DNA of 64,000 bases from contig OZ076421.1 of the NCBI GenBank assembly GCA_964187785.1, positions 35,898,001 through 35,962,000 on the forward strand, read 5' to 3'. This stretch comes from Amphiscolops sp. MND2022 (taxonomy: Eukaryota). The notes beneath the pieces are model-generated. The model had not been told where the DNA came from. It made no database searches and was given only the letters and a program-made list of their open reading frames with translations. A program made the translations under genes and the position numbers. Shown piece by piece: positions 13,955 through 26,801 of this stretch. Position 1 is the stretch's first letter, and the number at the start of each line of letters is the position of its first letter.

Positions 13955-14681
13955 ATATTCATGGGTGTCCTGCCAGGAGCCCTGGTTGATGGTGAAGTTC
14001 TGCTAAGTAGTGGTGTTCGAAAGAGAATGTAAAAGAAACTGTTTATTAAACAGTATTGATCACTTTACAGAGCGATACAAATGAATTACAAGAGGTTTCG
14101 CTGACAATGTTATAGTATCGACAAAGAATAAAGTGAAATGACAGACTTTTGAGGCGTTTTGGTATGTTATGAAAATGGAAAATGACTATCTTTTTATGTG
14201 AAAATAACGTCTTTACTTGAGCCTCTCTTTCGCGCTTATGCCCTAGACAGGAAGTCTTCCTCCTGCTCGAAAGTACCAGTCAGCCAAACCTAATCCGTCC
14301 CGAACCTTCCTGGTTTTCAGGGAAAAGTTTCCCTCTTTTTAGTGTACTCAGACGGTAAACCTATGTGACATAACATTCGGACATAGACTTTTGAGAAGTT
14401 GAAATGAAAGGTTCAAACCAAACTGTCAAAGTTTGAAAGTCAATGACATTCGCAAAAAGGACAAGTTCGAGCATTCAGTTCATTGTTCTTAGCTAACGGC
14501 ATTGCGCTCACTTGCCAAGCCTTTGTTGTTTCAAACGTGTTAGCAACATCTTTCGATTTTTTTTTGTTGTTACGTAATCGAAACAGCTTTACAACGATGG
14601 CAGAACAACGTTACAACAATGGCAGAATTATGTTTCAACGGCAAACAATGTTAGTCAAATTAGAATAACTTATTCCGAACA
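13955..14681 (-). repeat. 5' LTR of BEL/Pao element 1
   Basis: Outer end TGTTCGG at 14681, AATAAA near 14045 on the minus strand. Inner end uncertain: CGAACA at 14014 or CA at ~13962 just before the PBS. Confidence 0.75.
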
Positions 14682-15196
14682 AAATCCTAAAATTACGTTA
14701 AAAATTGTTGGACTCATTGGTATGATTTTCTAAAGACTTGCACGGCTTAGTTAGAAGTATATCAAGAAAAGTTCAGAGAATTCATAAAATGAAAATACTT
14801 TATACAATAATAACAATTGAATAATAACATGGCGAAGTAAGGTTCTGGTGAAACGAGTGATGGATCAAACGGCTGATGAATTATGGGAACCCCACGAATA
14901 AACAAAAAATTCTGAAAAATTTAACAAATATTCGGTTCAAATGACAGACAACTCAATGTTTACTTGCCTTTATACAATTCCTTTATCTCGGGGCGCACCC
15001 AATATGAAATACAAAGCCGAATAATTTTCAATTCAGTCAAAGTGATCGAAGCAGTTCTTGAAGCAGTTCCTAAAGTTCTACCTCTGCTCAATATTTCGTT
15101 TGAAATACAAAAAAAAACAGCTTGAAATGTAAAATTGTAAACGAATGTCAGGACTGAAAATTGTGAAAAAAAGGTTGGTTGGAAACAATGCTTTCC

Positions 15197-15376
15197 TTAC
15201 AAGGATCTTGAAAGATTTTCTTGCAAGATCTTGCAAGTTAATGCATTTTTCTGCAAGACATCTTGCAAGTATCTTGCAAGGGAAAAAATTTCCTTCCAAG
15301 ATCTTGTGGAAGTAGTGTGCTTTTTGCAAGGATCTTGCAAAATCCTAGCAAAGTATGCATTTATTCTCAACCAGGG
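15197..15376. repeat. MITE-like fragment built of TCTTGCAAGA-type motifs
   Basis: Repeated (A/T)TCTTGCAAG units ending CAACCAGGG; similar style to the MITE at 57902-58147; left end not found. Confidence 0.5.
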
Positions 15377-15404
15377 AGGGTAGTTTTGATGTTTTCTGGT
15401 GCAG

Positions 15405-15566
15405 AGCCACATGGAAGATTGTGAGGGTATAGAGACGAGTGTGTGTGGACAGTGCACAGAAGTAGTTCACAGGGGCATCTTGAGCTACCACTTGCAATAC
15501 GTGTGCAGCAAACGACAGGTGTTCTGCAAGTCATGTGGACAGAACTTCGTAGCCGACAAAATACAG
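15405..15566 (+). CDS. TRAF4: TRAF-type zinc-finger exon of a TRAF4-like gene (phase 0-0, 54 codons)
   Basis: AG/GT bounded. SHMEDCEGIETSVCGQCTEVVHRGILSYHLQYVCSKRQVFCKSCGQNFVADKIQ. Cys/His spacing and the ...DKIQ end parallel human TRAF4 (...CTYCTKEFVFDTIQ, recalled, not aligned). Orthology to TRAF4 specifically is tentative. Confidence 0.85.
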
Positions 15567-16729
15567 GTGACAAGCTTCTGATTACCATTACCTCAAATTA
15601 TCTCAAATCCACCCATCTGTTTGAATACTTCAATTCGTTTCATTCCCTCGAAGTCGAATGGGCCTCTATAAATGAGATGGATATAGCGACCAAGAAGGAA
15701 TGTAGGGCGTTTTCGCGGAAACCCATTAGATAAAGCCATCGTTTGTTTGAAGCCACATAAAGTTTGTCGAAAATACAGAAAAAATTGGGAAAATGCAAAG
15801 AGTTGATTTCTTCTTGTTTTGAGAAACCGAATATTCGGTATGAAAATGTAATCAGTTAGTTTGATGAACAACTCTTTGAAGATCATTCGAAACTAGTTTT
15901 TTCCGTTCTCAAAAACTGAAAACTTTAGTTCTGAAGTTTTTAAGCAATTTTTCCCGAAACTGCTTGCAATTACTGGAATTCCAGTTGCTGGAAAAATGAG
16001 AAAAACTTGAAAGTCGGCTTAGAAGCTTAAGTGAGGTTCGGAAGCAATAGATCATGGGTTCGAATCCCGCGATCTCAGCTTTTTTGTCGGCCATGTCAGA
16101 CAAGGATTCCAGGTTTTTTGGTATCTCGTTATTATTTCCTCAAACCCCCGCTCCGCTTCTTTTATGTTTTCAAATCTAAAAAAGTTTTGAAGCATAAAAG
16201 GTCCCGCTTTTGGGTAATTCGATACTGCGCGATTTTTCCTGGAAGGAAAATCATTTCTACAAAGAGCTTCCCCAGTTTTTTTCAGTTTTTAATAAAGAAA
16301 AAAACTTTTGTCAGTCCGGAACCCTTCAGTATATTTGTATTATCTTACCAAATTGGGCGGTATTTCGCATCTAACCGGTGTTGTACTGTTGAAAAATTTC
16401 AACTTGAACTAAAAGTACAGTTTTCTGCAATACCGTCTATGTCAATGAAAATTGCGTTATCACAGAATATTTGTTCACCGATCTCCTAAAGTTTTTGTTA
16501 CTGAAAAGAAAGATTTACTTTTCATGTTTACCAATGTAGACTGTTCGTGAATATTCAAATTTAACTATAAAAGACTATTTTCTGATATGTGGTATGAAAC
16601 GATAAAAAGTGCGAAAACTTCGTGATGTCATCTTATAGTAGGTCTTGCGAAGAACAAAACAGGGATCAAATTGAAGCTTGATCAAAGCTTTGTTTCTGTC
16701 TAAAGTTAACCATTTTATCACCGTTTTTT

Positions 16730-17520
16730 AGTAGGCGCTTTCGAAAAAAGTGCCCGACTCTTACCGTGGTAGTTTATGGTCCACTTTTTTGTTCATTTGT
16801 TCACCATCTAGAACTACGGATGTTCAAAACATACTCGAAACGTCAGAACAAAAAACATACTAAGGATCCCCCTTTGTTTATCTGGGTGTTTTCAACTTGA
16901 AGTTTTTCGGCACTAAGACTTTTTTGAAAACTTTCTAATTGCACCAAAGGGTCCCCCTTCTAATGTTTTGATATTTTGCAACAGAATGGATGTTAAAAAT
17001 CCCAAAGGTCCTGACGTTTTTACATTTTTGACACAATGAGACTGTTCAAAGTTCTCATTTTTTGTCTGATTTAAGGTTTTCTCAATATATATCCACCGAT
17101 AATTTTTTTTCAATATCCGAATTTTGGATATTCAAAAAAATCTTGCGGTATATGAGCATGTTTGACGTTATATTCTAACCTTATTGTGTTTTACTAAGGA
17201 AGAGGTAAAATTATTGTGTTTTTACGTAGATTTGAAAACAAGCGCTCCCATTTGTCCCAGCACGCTATATCCTAACTTTCAACGTTACATCCGACGTAAT
17301 TTGCGTTTTACAGAGCCGTAGGAGTGAGAAAGCGATCGCATTTCTGCCAGCACGCTATATCCGAACTTCTGAAGCGTTTTCCGAGCACTGAAGGTACCCT
17401 TTGGGTGTTTCGAAACTTTTTTGTATCTTTCTCGAAAAAAATCTCTTGAGCATATTTTTTTTAAAATGCCTTTTTGATCCTTAGGTATAGCGCCGATGTG
17501 AGACGTTCTCATCCTGTTTA
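16730..17520 (+). mobile_element. Helentron/DINE-1-like non-autonomous repeat copy (degenerate)
   Basis: Degenerate versions of the family ends and internal AAGGGTCCCCCTTC subrepeats. Confidence 0.5.
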
Positions 17521-17922
17521 GTATGTAACGACATGAAAAATTCGCTTCACAGACGTTTTGAAGTTGTATTCAAAATATCTCAAATCTTGCTAGCAATCAG
17601 ATACGAGTTCGAATTTCACCAATCTTGAACTCTTGTAAAAAGTATAATTCAGCTTCAACTATGGTGTAATCTATCTTATGGTAATTACCATAAGATAGAT
17701 TACACCATAGTTGAAGCTGAATTATACTTTTTACAAGAGTTCAAGTTTGGTGAAATTCGAACTCGTATCTGATTGCTAGCAAGATTTGAGATATTTTGAA
17801 TACAACTTCAAAACGTCTGTGAAGCGAATTTTTCATGTCTTTACATACTAAACAGGATGAGAACGTCTCACATCGGCGCTATACCTAAGGATCAAAAAGG
17901 CATTTTAAAAAAAATATGCTCA
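17447..17922. repeat. Spacerless 476-bp palindrome
   Basis: 238-bp arms centred on GGTAA|TTACC (17684/17685), two mismatches seen. Confidence 0.97.
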
Positions 17923-18197
17923 GGAATGAGCCGGAATGCTAGGTCTTCACAGAAAACAAGACTCCCGCTAACCACCGGATATTTTCCGCTTTCTTCGCCT
18001 TCGCCAACTTAGTCATGGCTATTCTGGGAGGGAAAATACGATTTAAGGTATAAGATCTAAAATTTAGTGATTTTAGATCTTATTCCCTTTAGATATTATT
18101 CCCGTCCTAAAATTAAAGATCTTATTCCTATTTTTGACTTGAGATATTATTCCTCTAAGCTGTTTTAGTTACTTGACTAATTTAGATACTAGTAACT

Positions 18198-21100
18198 AAA
18201 ATAGTCAAGTAACTATAGGTTAGGTCAAAAAACTGGGAAGAGATTTGGCAGAATTTGTGAAAAAACGCAACACAGGTTATGATTTTCCTCCTCTATTATA
18301 AGTGGGCGGAAAATAATAATGTTCCGTATCCAAATGACATTAAATCCTAGTTGCCTCAGGTCTCGTTTGAAGCAACGCAAGGGAAACATTTGAGTCGGTG
18401 CAATTCGAAATAAAGAACCAACTGAAGCGCGGATTAACACATTTGACAGGCCACTTCCGAATTTTGCGAAGTATATCCCAAGAAATTGCGTTTTATTAAG
18501 AGGGAGGCGGAGGTTCCAAACTTATAAGTTCCTATTTTTCATTTCGTGAAATCCAAAAACACTATATCTGATGTCAAATCCGAGGTAATTTATATTTGTG
18601 GGGAGAATTGAAGCAAAAAGCCCTTTAAGGCCCAAAATGTCCTCTTTTGGGTGTTTTCGGCACTGTGAAAATGTGAGTTTCTTCAAAAAAATCCTCGACG
18701 CTTTGAAGTTTCTTTATGAGCCTTAAGCGGTGCGCAACTTATATCCGTCTTGTTTTTTTTCTAAAAGCCATTTCAAACTGCATACGCATATTTGAATACA
18801 CTAGTTTTCAGACCTGTAAATACTTTCTAAATTTTAAAATATAACTATTGTTTCCTCGCCAAACATTTGAAGCTGGTATTTTTCCGAAGGAAATTGCGCA
18901 GAATGCACGTAAAATATCATAGTGCCACTACACCACTTGCTACTATTTCAATCACCACGGACAAGTAGACTGTAGTTTTGATTACAAGTTTCTAGTCGGC
19001 GCTTTTCTTTGAAAAAGAGTCGACTATATTCATGGCTTTTCGTCAGTGTTTTTTTAAGACCACCTGAACTGACCAAAATAGTTCTACAAAAGTTCTACAA
19101 AATATTATTGCACCAAATTGCACCATTTGGCCTAGCGAGCTGAACCAAAAAGGTTTTTCCTGTTTTCCCGCGTAACATACCATACCAGGCAAGACCAAAG
19201 TGTTCCCCCTTTCAGTTTTTTCGGCATTGTGAGACTTTGTTCCTGAAAAAAAAATTTCCCCAAAGGCTCTCCCTTCAATTTTTTTGCTGTTTTGCGACAG
19301 AATGGATGTTGGAAAATCCCAAAGGGTCCCCCCTTTCAGTTTTTTTTCGGCATTGTGAGACTTTTTTCAAAAATTTTTTTTCATAAAAGGGTCCCCAACT
19401 CACCAATACTTTGACATATTGAAGTCTTTTTGCTATTTTTGAGCCTTAGATATGGCGCCGACTTGCGCCGGTCCCGGCTTGTTCTTAAAAGCGTCGACTA
19501 TAGTCATGACTTTTTCTCAATGTTTTTCAAAAGTATTATTTTTATCTTTAAGACCACCTGAAGTGACCAAAAGAGTTCTACCAAAACTCTACAAAATTTT
19601 GAGAAGCCAAATTGTACCTGTTGGTCCGAGGAACTGAATCAAAAAGGTTTCCCGCGTAACATTCAATACCGGACGAGACCAAATGGCCCCCCTTTAATTT
19701 TTTTTCGGCATTGTGCACTTTTCAAAATTTTATTTTCCAATAAAGGGTCCCCTTCAATTTTTTTGGAGTTTTGCAACAGAATGGACGTTGAAAAATCCCA
19801 AAAGGACCTCCCTTTCAGTTTTTTTGGCATTGTGAGACTTTTTTCAATTTTTTTCCGTAAAAGGTTCCAAATTCACCAATACTTTGACATTTTTAAGTCC
19901 TTTTGCTATTTTTGAGCCTTACGACTTGGGCTGTTCCCGGCTTGTTACATCTAAATTCTTGGTTTTTTCATACCGGAACGGTTCCAGATTGTTAAGCAAT
20001 TGCTGCACTATTACTGGGCTATGTGTCTTTGTGAACCTATTTATGGTTTTGCTGGAATAATAAAGTGCTTTGTTTGGAAATCTGTGACTTTCATTTTTTT
20101 TACTCTATTCAATCTGTGCCATCAACCAAACGGTATTTTGAATGAATGGCTAGCAGTCTCAAGTTCTTCCACGTGGTAAAATTCTATTTCACCTAGCTGA
20201 TACACAAAATAGTCAAGTAACTATAGGTTAGGTCAAAGAAACTGGGAAGAGATTTGGCAGAATTTGTGAAAAAACGCAACACAGGTTATGATTTTCCTCC
20301 TCTATTATAAGTGGGCGGAAAATAATAATGTTCGTATCCAAATGACATTAAATCCTAGTTGCCTCAGGTCTCGTTTGAAGCAACGCAAGGGAAACATTTG
20401 AGTCGGTGCAATTCGAAATAAAGAACCAACTGAAGCACGGATTAACACATTTGACAGGCCACTTCCGAGTTTTGCGAAGTATATCCCAAGAAATTGCGTT
20501 TTATTAAGAGGGAGGCGGAGATTCCAAACTTATAATTTCCTATTTTTCATTTCGTGAAATCCAAAAACACTATATCTGATGTTAAATCCGAGGTAATTCA
20601 TATTTGTGGGGAGAATTGAAGCAAAAAGCCCTTTAAGGCCCAAAATGTCCTCTTTTGGGTGTTTTCGGCACTGTGAAAATGTGAGTTTCTTCAAAAAAAT
20701 CCTCGACGCTTAGAAGTTTCTTTTTGAGCCTTAAGCGGTGCGCAACTTATATCCGTCTTGTTTTTTTTCTTATAGCCATTTCAAACTGCATACACACATT
20801 TGAATACACTAGTTTTCAGACCTGTAAATACTTTCTAAATTTTAAAATATAACTATTGTTTCCTCGCCAAACATTTGAAGCTGGTATTTTTCCGAAGGAA
20901 ATTGCGCAGAATGCACGTAAAATATCATAGTGCCACTACAGCACTTGCTACTATTTCAATCACCACGGACAAGTAGACTGTAGTTTTGATTACAAGTTTT
21001 TAGTCGGCGCTTTTCTTTAAAAAAGAGTCGACTATAGTCATGGCTTTTCGTCAGTGTTTTTTTAAGACCACCTGAACTGACCAAAATAGTTCTACAAAAG

Positions 21101-22026
21101 TTCTACAAAATATTATTGCACCAAATTGCACCATTTGGCCTAGCGAGCTGAACCAAAAAGGTTTTTCCTGTTTTCCCGCGTAACATACCATACCAGGCAA
21201 GACCAAAGTGTTCCCCCTTTCAGTTTTTTCGGCATTGTGAGACTTTGTTCCTGAAAAAAAAATTTCCCCAAAGGCTCTCCCTTCAATTTTTTTGCTGTTT
21301 TGCGACAGAATGGATGTTGGAAAATCCCAAAGGGTCCCCCCTTTCAGTTTTTTTCGGCATTGTGAGACTTTTTTCAAATTTTTTTTTTCATAAAAGGGTC
21401 CCCAACTCACCAATACTTTGACATATTGAAGTCTTTTTGCTATTTTTGAGCCTTAGATATGGCGCCGACTTGCGCCGGTCCCGGCTTGTTCTTAAAAGCG
21501 TCGACTATAGTCATGACTTTTTCTCAATGTTTTTCAAAAGTATTATTTTTATCTTTAAGACCACCTGAAGTGACCAAAAGAGTTCTACCAAAACTCTACA
21601 AAATTTTGAGAAGCCAAATTGTACCTGTTGGTCCGAGGAACTGAATCAAAAAGGTTTCCCGCGTAACATTCAATACCGGACGAGACCAAATGGCCCCCCT
21701 TTAATTTTTTTTCGGCATTGTGCACTTTTCAAAATTTTATTTTCCAATAAAGGGTCCCCTTCAATTTTTTTGGAGTTTTGCAACAGAATGGACGTTGAAA
21801 AATCCCAAAAGGACCTCCCTTTCAGTTTTTTTGGCATTGTGAGACTTTTTTCAATTTTTTTCCGTAAAAGGTTCCAAAATCACCAATACTTTGACATTTT
21901 TAAGTCCTTTTGCTATTTTTGAGCATTACGACTTGGGCCGTTCCCGGCTTGTTACATCTCAGTTCTTGGTTTTTTCATACCGGAACGGTTCCAGATTGTT
22001 AAGCACTTGCTGCACTATTACTGGGC
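18198..22026 (+). repeat. Direct duplication of ~1.82 kb (18198-20019 and 20206-22026)
   Basis: Offset 2007-2008 bp, high identity. The 20020-20204 spacer resembles 22641-22824. Confidence 0.95.
18992..19946 (+). mobile_element. Two chained Helentron/DINE-1-like repeat copies (duplicated at 21001-21953)
   Basis: 5' AGTCGGCGC, 3' GGCGCCGACT followed by GCCG-NTCC-CGGC hairpin and TTGTT. Confidence 0.65.
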
Positions 22027-22204
22027 AGAGTTAAATTTTTTGAACGGATCCAAATATCTTCTTAAATGAAGTAATTCTTGGGCGTTTTTAACTGATCTTT
22101 TTTACAAATATTTGTTCATTCTCTCAACACGTTATACCGAAAATAACCTATGCACTGAGCCATGGTAGATCCTAGTGGTACCATTTATAAAATCTAAGAA
22201 CACT

Positions 22205-22320
22205 TGTCGAAACCAGCTCGTCGAAAACAACTCGCCGAAAACAACTGGTCGAAAATACTAGGCAGCAAACTCGTCCGAAAAGCAACTCGCCGAAAATTCT
22301 CCGGTGGGTAACTTGTCGCA
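22205..22320 (+). repeat. Short tandem array of ~14-bp AACTCGYCGAAAAC units
   Basis: About six degenerate copies. Confidence 0.7.
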
Positions 22321-22379
22321 AGTAGAGAAAGTCATCTAAGCCATTTATAGTGCCATCTTTGTAATCGTACTCTTATCAA

Positions 22380-25150
22380 GTTCCAAATTTTATCAACTAT
22401 TACATGCTAAACTATAAAAGTGAAACATTTCGAGCAATTCTGGGACATTAGGCAGCTGTTTATCTAACCACCAGGATGTTAAATAAAAAGTGGAGTAAAA
22501 TGTGGAGATTTAGCAGAATTAGCAAAGTAAAAGACGCAACACAGACTATGATTTTCTTCCCCATACACAAATAAATTTGTGGGGGTGGAAGATAACAATA
22601 ACTTGGAGTAGGTCCTAGTGTTTTATGACCTTCACGAGGATATGTGTCTTTGTGAACCTATTTATGGTTTTACTGGAATAATAAAATGCTTTGTTTGGAA
22701 ATCTGTGACTTTCATTTCTTTCATTCTATTCAACCTGTGCCATCAACCAAACAGATCTGGAATGAATGGCTAGCAGTCTCAGGTTTTTCCACGTGGTAAA
22801 ATTCTATTTGACCTAGCTGATACAGATCCACATTGAACGTAAATGTGATCAAAAATACACCGCCAAAATGTTCACTGAATAGCCAAGAAGTTAATTTAAA
22901 AAACTCTCGGTTATCTGAATTTTCCAGAAATTTGGGAGTTAGGAACTTTAACTCATGCCAACAAAACTTCCTTCACATTAATGGAAAAAGAATCTCAAAG
23001 TTCATTTCTTAGGAACCATTATTCTGTAGTTCTACATTATGTTGTTCCTGAAATCTCTCGTTTCGACTTACCATTTACCATTTCAACCACATTGAACGTT
23101 CAAAGTACGCGGACAATAAAGCTTGCCATACCACCGTCCTCATTGCTAATTTTGTCCTAGAACATTGCCCACGGTATAGAGTAAAAGAAAACAAACTTTG
23201 AGTTTCAAACGGACATAAAATGCATTCTTGTGCAAATAAATATTAGCAGAGGAAGCAAATGAAATTTACTTTCTAAAATACAATTTCCAAACAGAAGGAA
23301 TTTCTAATTCGGGAACTTGTCGCAATAATTGTTGTTGGTTCCCTCGGGATGGGAAGTTGCGCTGTGTTTGCAAACATCAATGTTTGGATCCAAATTAACT
23401 TTATTGTCTCAGACTTTTTGTTCACGATTCCAACGTCTTTCAATTCTTCCCCCTTAAATTGATCACACATATTTGTTACTTGTAGTTACTTCAACAACGC
23501 GCCTCCCTAAGTTTCTATTTAAGGTAAAGACTTGAGTTTCTCCGAGAAATCATTCGAAATTTCCTGAACCAATTTTATCAAGAACAGTGTTTCTCAATCT
23601 ACTTCGTACACGTTTCCAATGTTGTACATTTTAGCACCAAGTACATGGTTTGTTGATCCACATTGAACGTAAATGTGATCAAAAATACACCGCCAAAATG
23701 TTCACTGAATAGCCAAGAAGTTAATTTAAAAAACTCTCGGTTATCTGAATTTTCCAGAAATTTGGGAGTTAGGAACTTTAACTCATGCCAACAAAACTTC
23801 CTTCACATTAATGGAAAAAGAATCTCAAAGTTCATTTCTTAGGAACCATTATTCTGTAGTTCTACATTATGTTGTTCCTGAAATCTCTCGTTTCGACTTA
23901 CCATTTACCATTTCAACCACATTGAACGTTCAAAGTACGCGGACAATAAAGCTTGCCATACCACCGTCCTCATTGCTAATTTTGTCCTAGAACATTGCCC
24001 ACGGTATAGAGTAAAAGAAAACAAACTTTGAGTTTCAAACGGACATAAAATGCATTCTTGTGCAAATAAATATTAGCAGAGGAAGCAAATGAAATTTACT
24101 TTCTGAAATACAATTTCCAAACAGAAGGAGTTTCTAATTCGGGAACTTGTCGCAATAATTGTTGTTGGTTCCCTCGGGATGGGAAGTTGCGCTGTGTTTG
24201 CAAACATCAATGTTTGGATCCAAATTAACTTTATTGTCTCAGACTTTTTGTTCACGATTCCAACGTCTTTCAATTCTTCCCCCTTAAATTGATCACACAT
24301 ATTTGTTACTTGTAGTTACTTCAACAACGCGCCTCCCTAAGTTTCTATTTAAGGTAAAGACTTGAGTTTCTCCGAGAAATCATTCGAAATTTCCTGAACC
24401 AATTTTATCAAGAACAGTGTTTCTCAATCTACTTCGTACACGTTTCCAATGTTGTACATTTTAGCACCAAGTACATGGTTTGTTGATACATTGGAACTGT
24501 TGTAAATTTCTTTGTGTGGTTCTTGAAAACATAGTTACTCATACGCTAATTCAAGGTGAATAATCAATTTCAAAAACATTCTTGAAGTTGAATCTCTAAT
24601 CAGTGAAATCCGGTCTTCCATATTAACTGTTATCTTGAAAAGCATTAATTTGACCATAGTCTCTTTCCGAATGGTAACTTTCTTTCTGTCCAGGGAGTAC
24701 CTGTCGATTATTCGAAAATTTTGAATTCTTTTTGTGATGAATCCTCGGATGAAAATGATAGTTTTGCAACTTGTTATCCAATATAGTTGAACACGACAAT
24801 TATTCATTTACCATTACCCCAAAGAGACTTACCAATTTTCAACCATTTCACGAAGGTAAATACCACACTTCATAAGCGAGACATATAATTCAGCCAGAAA
24901 AAAAACGTTATGCCATTTTTAGTTTTCAATTGCATCCATTGTAACTCTAATATACATTACAACTAATTGAATGTGCCAAATGCATGCAAAACTAATTTGA
25001 AATCTGTCAAGTCTTGAAATGTTCTGACATGATTTCAATAGCTTCCCTAAAGTAATCCTGAAATTTCAGATCAATTTTATAAGGTTGGCCACGACGGAAA
25101 TGTCTGTGAATGATCGTTTCCATTAGTGGCAATAATTATCATGCCTACGC
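22380..25150 (-). pseudogene. Possible heavily decayed retroelement remnant
   Basis: Minus strand gives KPCTWC*NVQHWKR (knuckle-like) near 24440-24480. EENH(S/N)LCCVF recurs at ~22520 and ~18270. Many stops; assignment weak. Confidence 0.25.
22825..24487 (+). repeat. 830-bp tandem duplication
   Basis: 22825-23657 and 23655-24487, two substitutions seen, GAT overlap at the junction. Confidence 0.97.
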
Positions 25151-25204
25151 ACATTCATGAAACATGCAAAAATCAGTGAAAACCGAAATTAACTCTTGAC
25201 AAGG

Positions 25205-26125
25205 TGTTGGCGCCAGTCATCAGCAGGCAAAGAAAGTCGATTTGGAACATGCTGGTTGAGAAACAAGACTTAAACTCTTAAAAACTTAGATGAAAATTTG
25301 AAGAAAATCCAATCATCACAATTCTTTAAACCCCCCCCCAAATGGGTTTTCTCCAAGACTGTTAACCCTAGAGCCACGAAACTTGGCACACGCATGCAGG
25401 TACATAACCCAAACACACTGGCCAAGTTTCAAGGTCATCCACCCGTTATAACCCCCTTTACCCCTCACATGTGTAGTGTTCAAGGTCATTGAACCAAAAA
25501 TGTAAACTTTGTTATTTAACCATATGACCCACATTAGAATGTAACTCTGTTGAAATTCATGATATTTACATTGTGTAAACATGCTTTAAAGCCCGCCTAG
25601 TCAACATGCCAAAACCACCATGTGCTTTGTTTACATAGCCAATAACTTTAATAATTCACTTAAATGTCATTTATTTATACAACATATTTCAACTGATATT
25701 TGCTCTATATTTACTGTAGAATTGTAAACCACATTTATACCATTATTAGATAAAGATTTTCTCCACTGAATAGCTATAGTCAAGTTGGGTCTCAGGACCG
25801 CAAGACTTAGAAATCAACTTCTCAATCTTCACAACTTTTCGCTAGAGTTAGAGCGACTAAGTAGCTACTCTCATAGTTGGAGAGCCGGAGCGCGTGAAGA
25901 TACAGTGAGGGAAGTGTGTGCAGGATCACATCGGATCCAATTCAGTGAACAGAGGAATCGCAGGAGATTCCACGGGTCACATCGGACCCACCAGTCAAAA
26001 GATACAGTCCTTTAAAACAAGAAACCAGGAATTGTTTAGTGACGGTCCACAGCACTAAGCAACGGATCAGGGCGGCGTAAAGCTTGTCAAGCCTCAGCGC
26101 AGGATAAAGGCAAGCAACCGTTACA
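25205..26125 (+). repeat. 5' LTR of element 2
   Basis: TGTTGG...GTTACA, 921 bp. Confidence 0.96.
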
Positions 26126-26127
26126 TT

Positions 26128-26145
26128 TGGTCCGCCGACCCGGAC
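26128..26145 (+). promoter_or_regulatory. PBS of element 2 (tRNA-Tyr-like)
   Basis: TGGTCCGCCGACCCGGAC, 2 nt after the LTR. Its complement implies C1:G72 and A73, the tRNA-Tyr identity set. Confidence 0.75.
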
Positions 26146-26460
26146 AGCTCGTTGGTGGACGACCCGGACAACTCGTTGGTGGACGACCCGGACAACCCGT
26201 TGGTGGACGACCCGGACTAGAAGACGACTCGTTTGTGTACAACAGAGAAGATTGCCCAGAAAGAACAAGTGTCTGATTCTTGGAGTCTCTGACTTTGTGT
26301 CTCTGGGAGATTGGGCTACTGTGTCTCTGGGAGATTGGGCTACTGTGACTCTGTGAGCTTGGGCTATTGTGACTCTGGGTGTTTGGACTATAGTGACTCT
26401 GGAGTTGGGACTACTGTGTACTCTGGGTGTTGGGCTTTAGCGGCACTCTGGAGGTGTTTG
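26137..26460 (+). repeat. Two 24-bp minisatellites in the leader of element 2
   Basis: GACCCGGACAACTCGTTGGTGGAC x~3.5 (26137-26219) and CTGTGTCTCTGGGAGATTGGGCTA-like x~7 (~26296-26460). Confidence 0.9.
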
Positions 26461-26801
26461 TGCATCAATTCTATTTTTGAGACGAATTGTATTCTTTGGG
26501 AACGTATTCCTGATTGAAGCAAAGATCTGGTCTAAGACGTCATTGCAAGTAAATCCACCAAGTAAAGCCAAGGGATCAAGTCAGAGAGACAAGATCCACC
26601 GAAACAATCAAGTTCGTCAAAGAAGGCAAGTATAATCAACAGTATTTGGTTGATTCTTCAAGAATTGGCGATTGATTACCGGATTGAGCAGTTGACACTT
26701 TGTATCTGAGAAATTGCAGAGTTGGGATAAGTGACAAAGCCTACAAGAAACAATTGTGAAGTTCGAAAGCCCTCAGTGGAACAAAAGAGTCATATGAACA
26801 A

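Larger units (their letters stand above)
1..14681 (-). mobile_element. BEL/Pao LTR retrotransposon, decayed, interior tandemly duplicated; runs off the window start
   Basis: Minus-strand order gag-PR-RT-RNaseH-IN typical of BEL/Pao. Bases 1-82 match 14600-14681 (LTR pair, both starting TGTTCG on the minus strand). PBS near 13940, purine-rich tract at 83-103. Confidence 0.95.

Noticed and set aside
15593-15886. 97-aa minus-strand ORF
   Set aside because: No motif; composition like intron DNA.
16011-16085. tRNA gene
   Set aside because: Good B-box (GGTTCGAATCC) and a T-run, but no acceptor, D or anticodon stems could be formed; at most a SINE or pseudogene fragment. The same applies to GGTTCGATTC near 35160.
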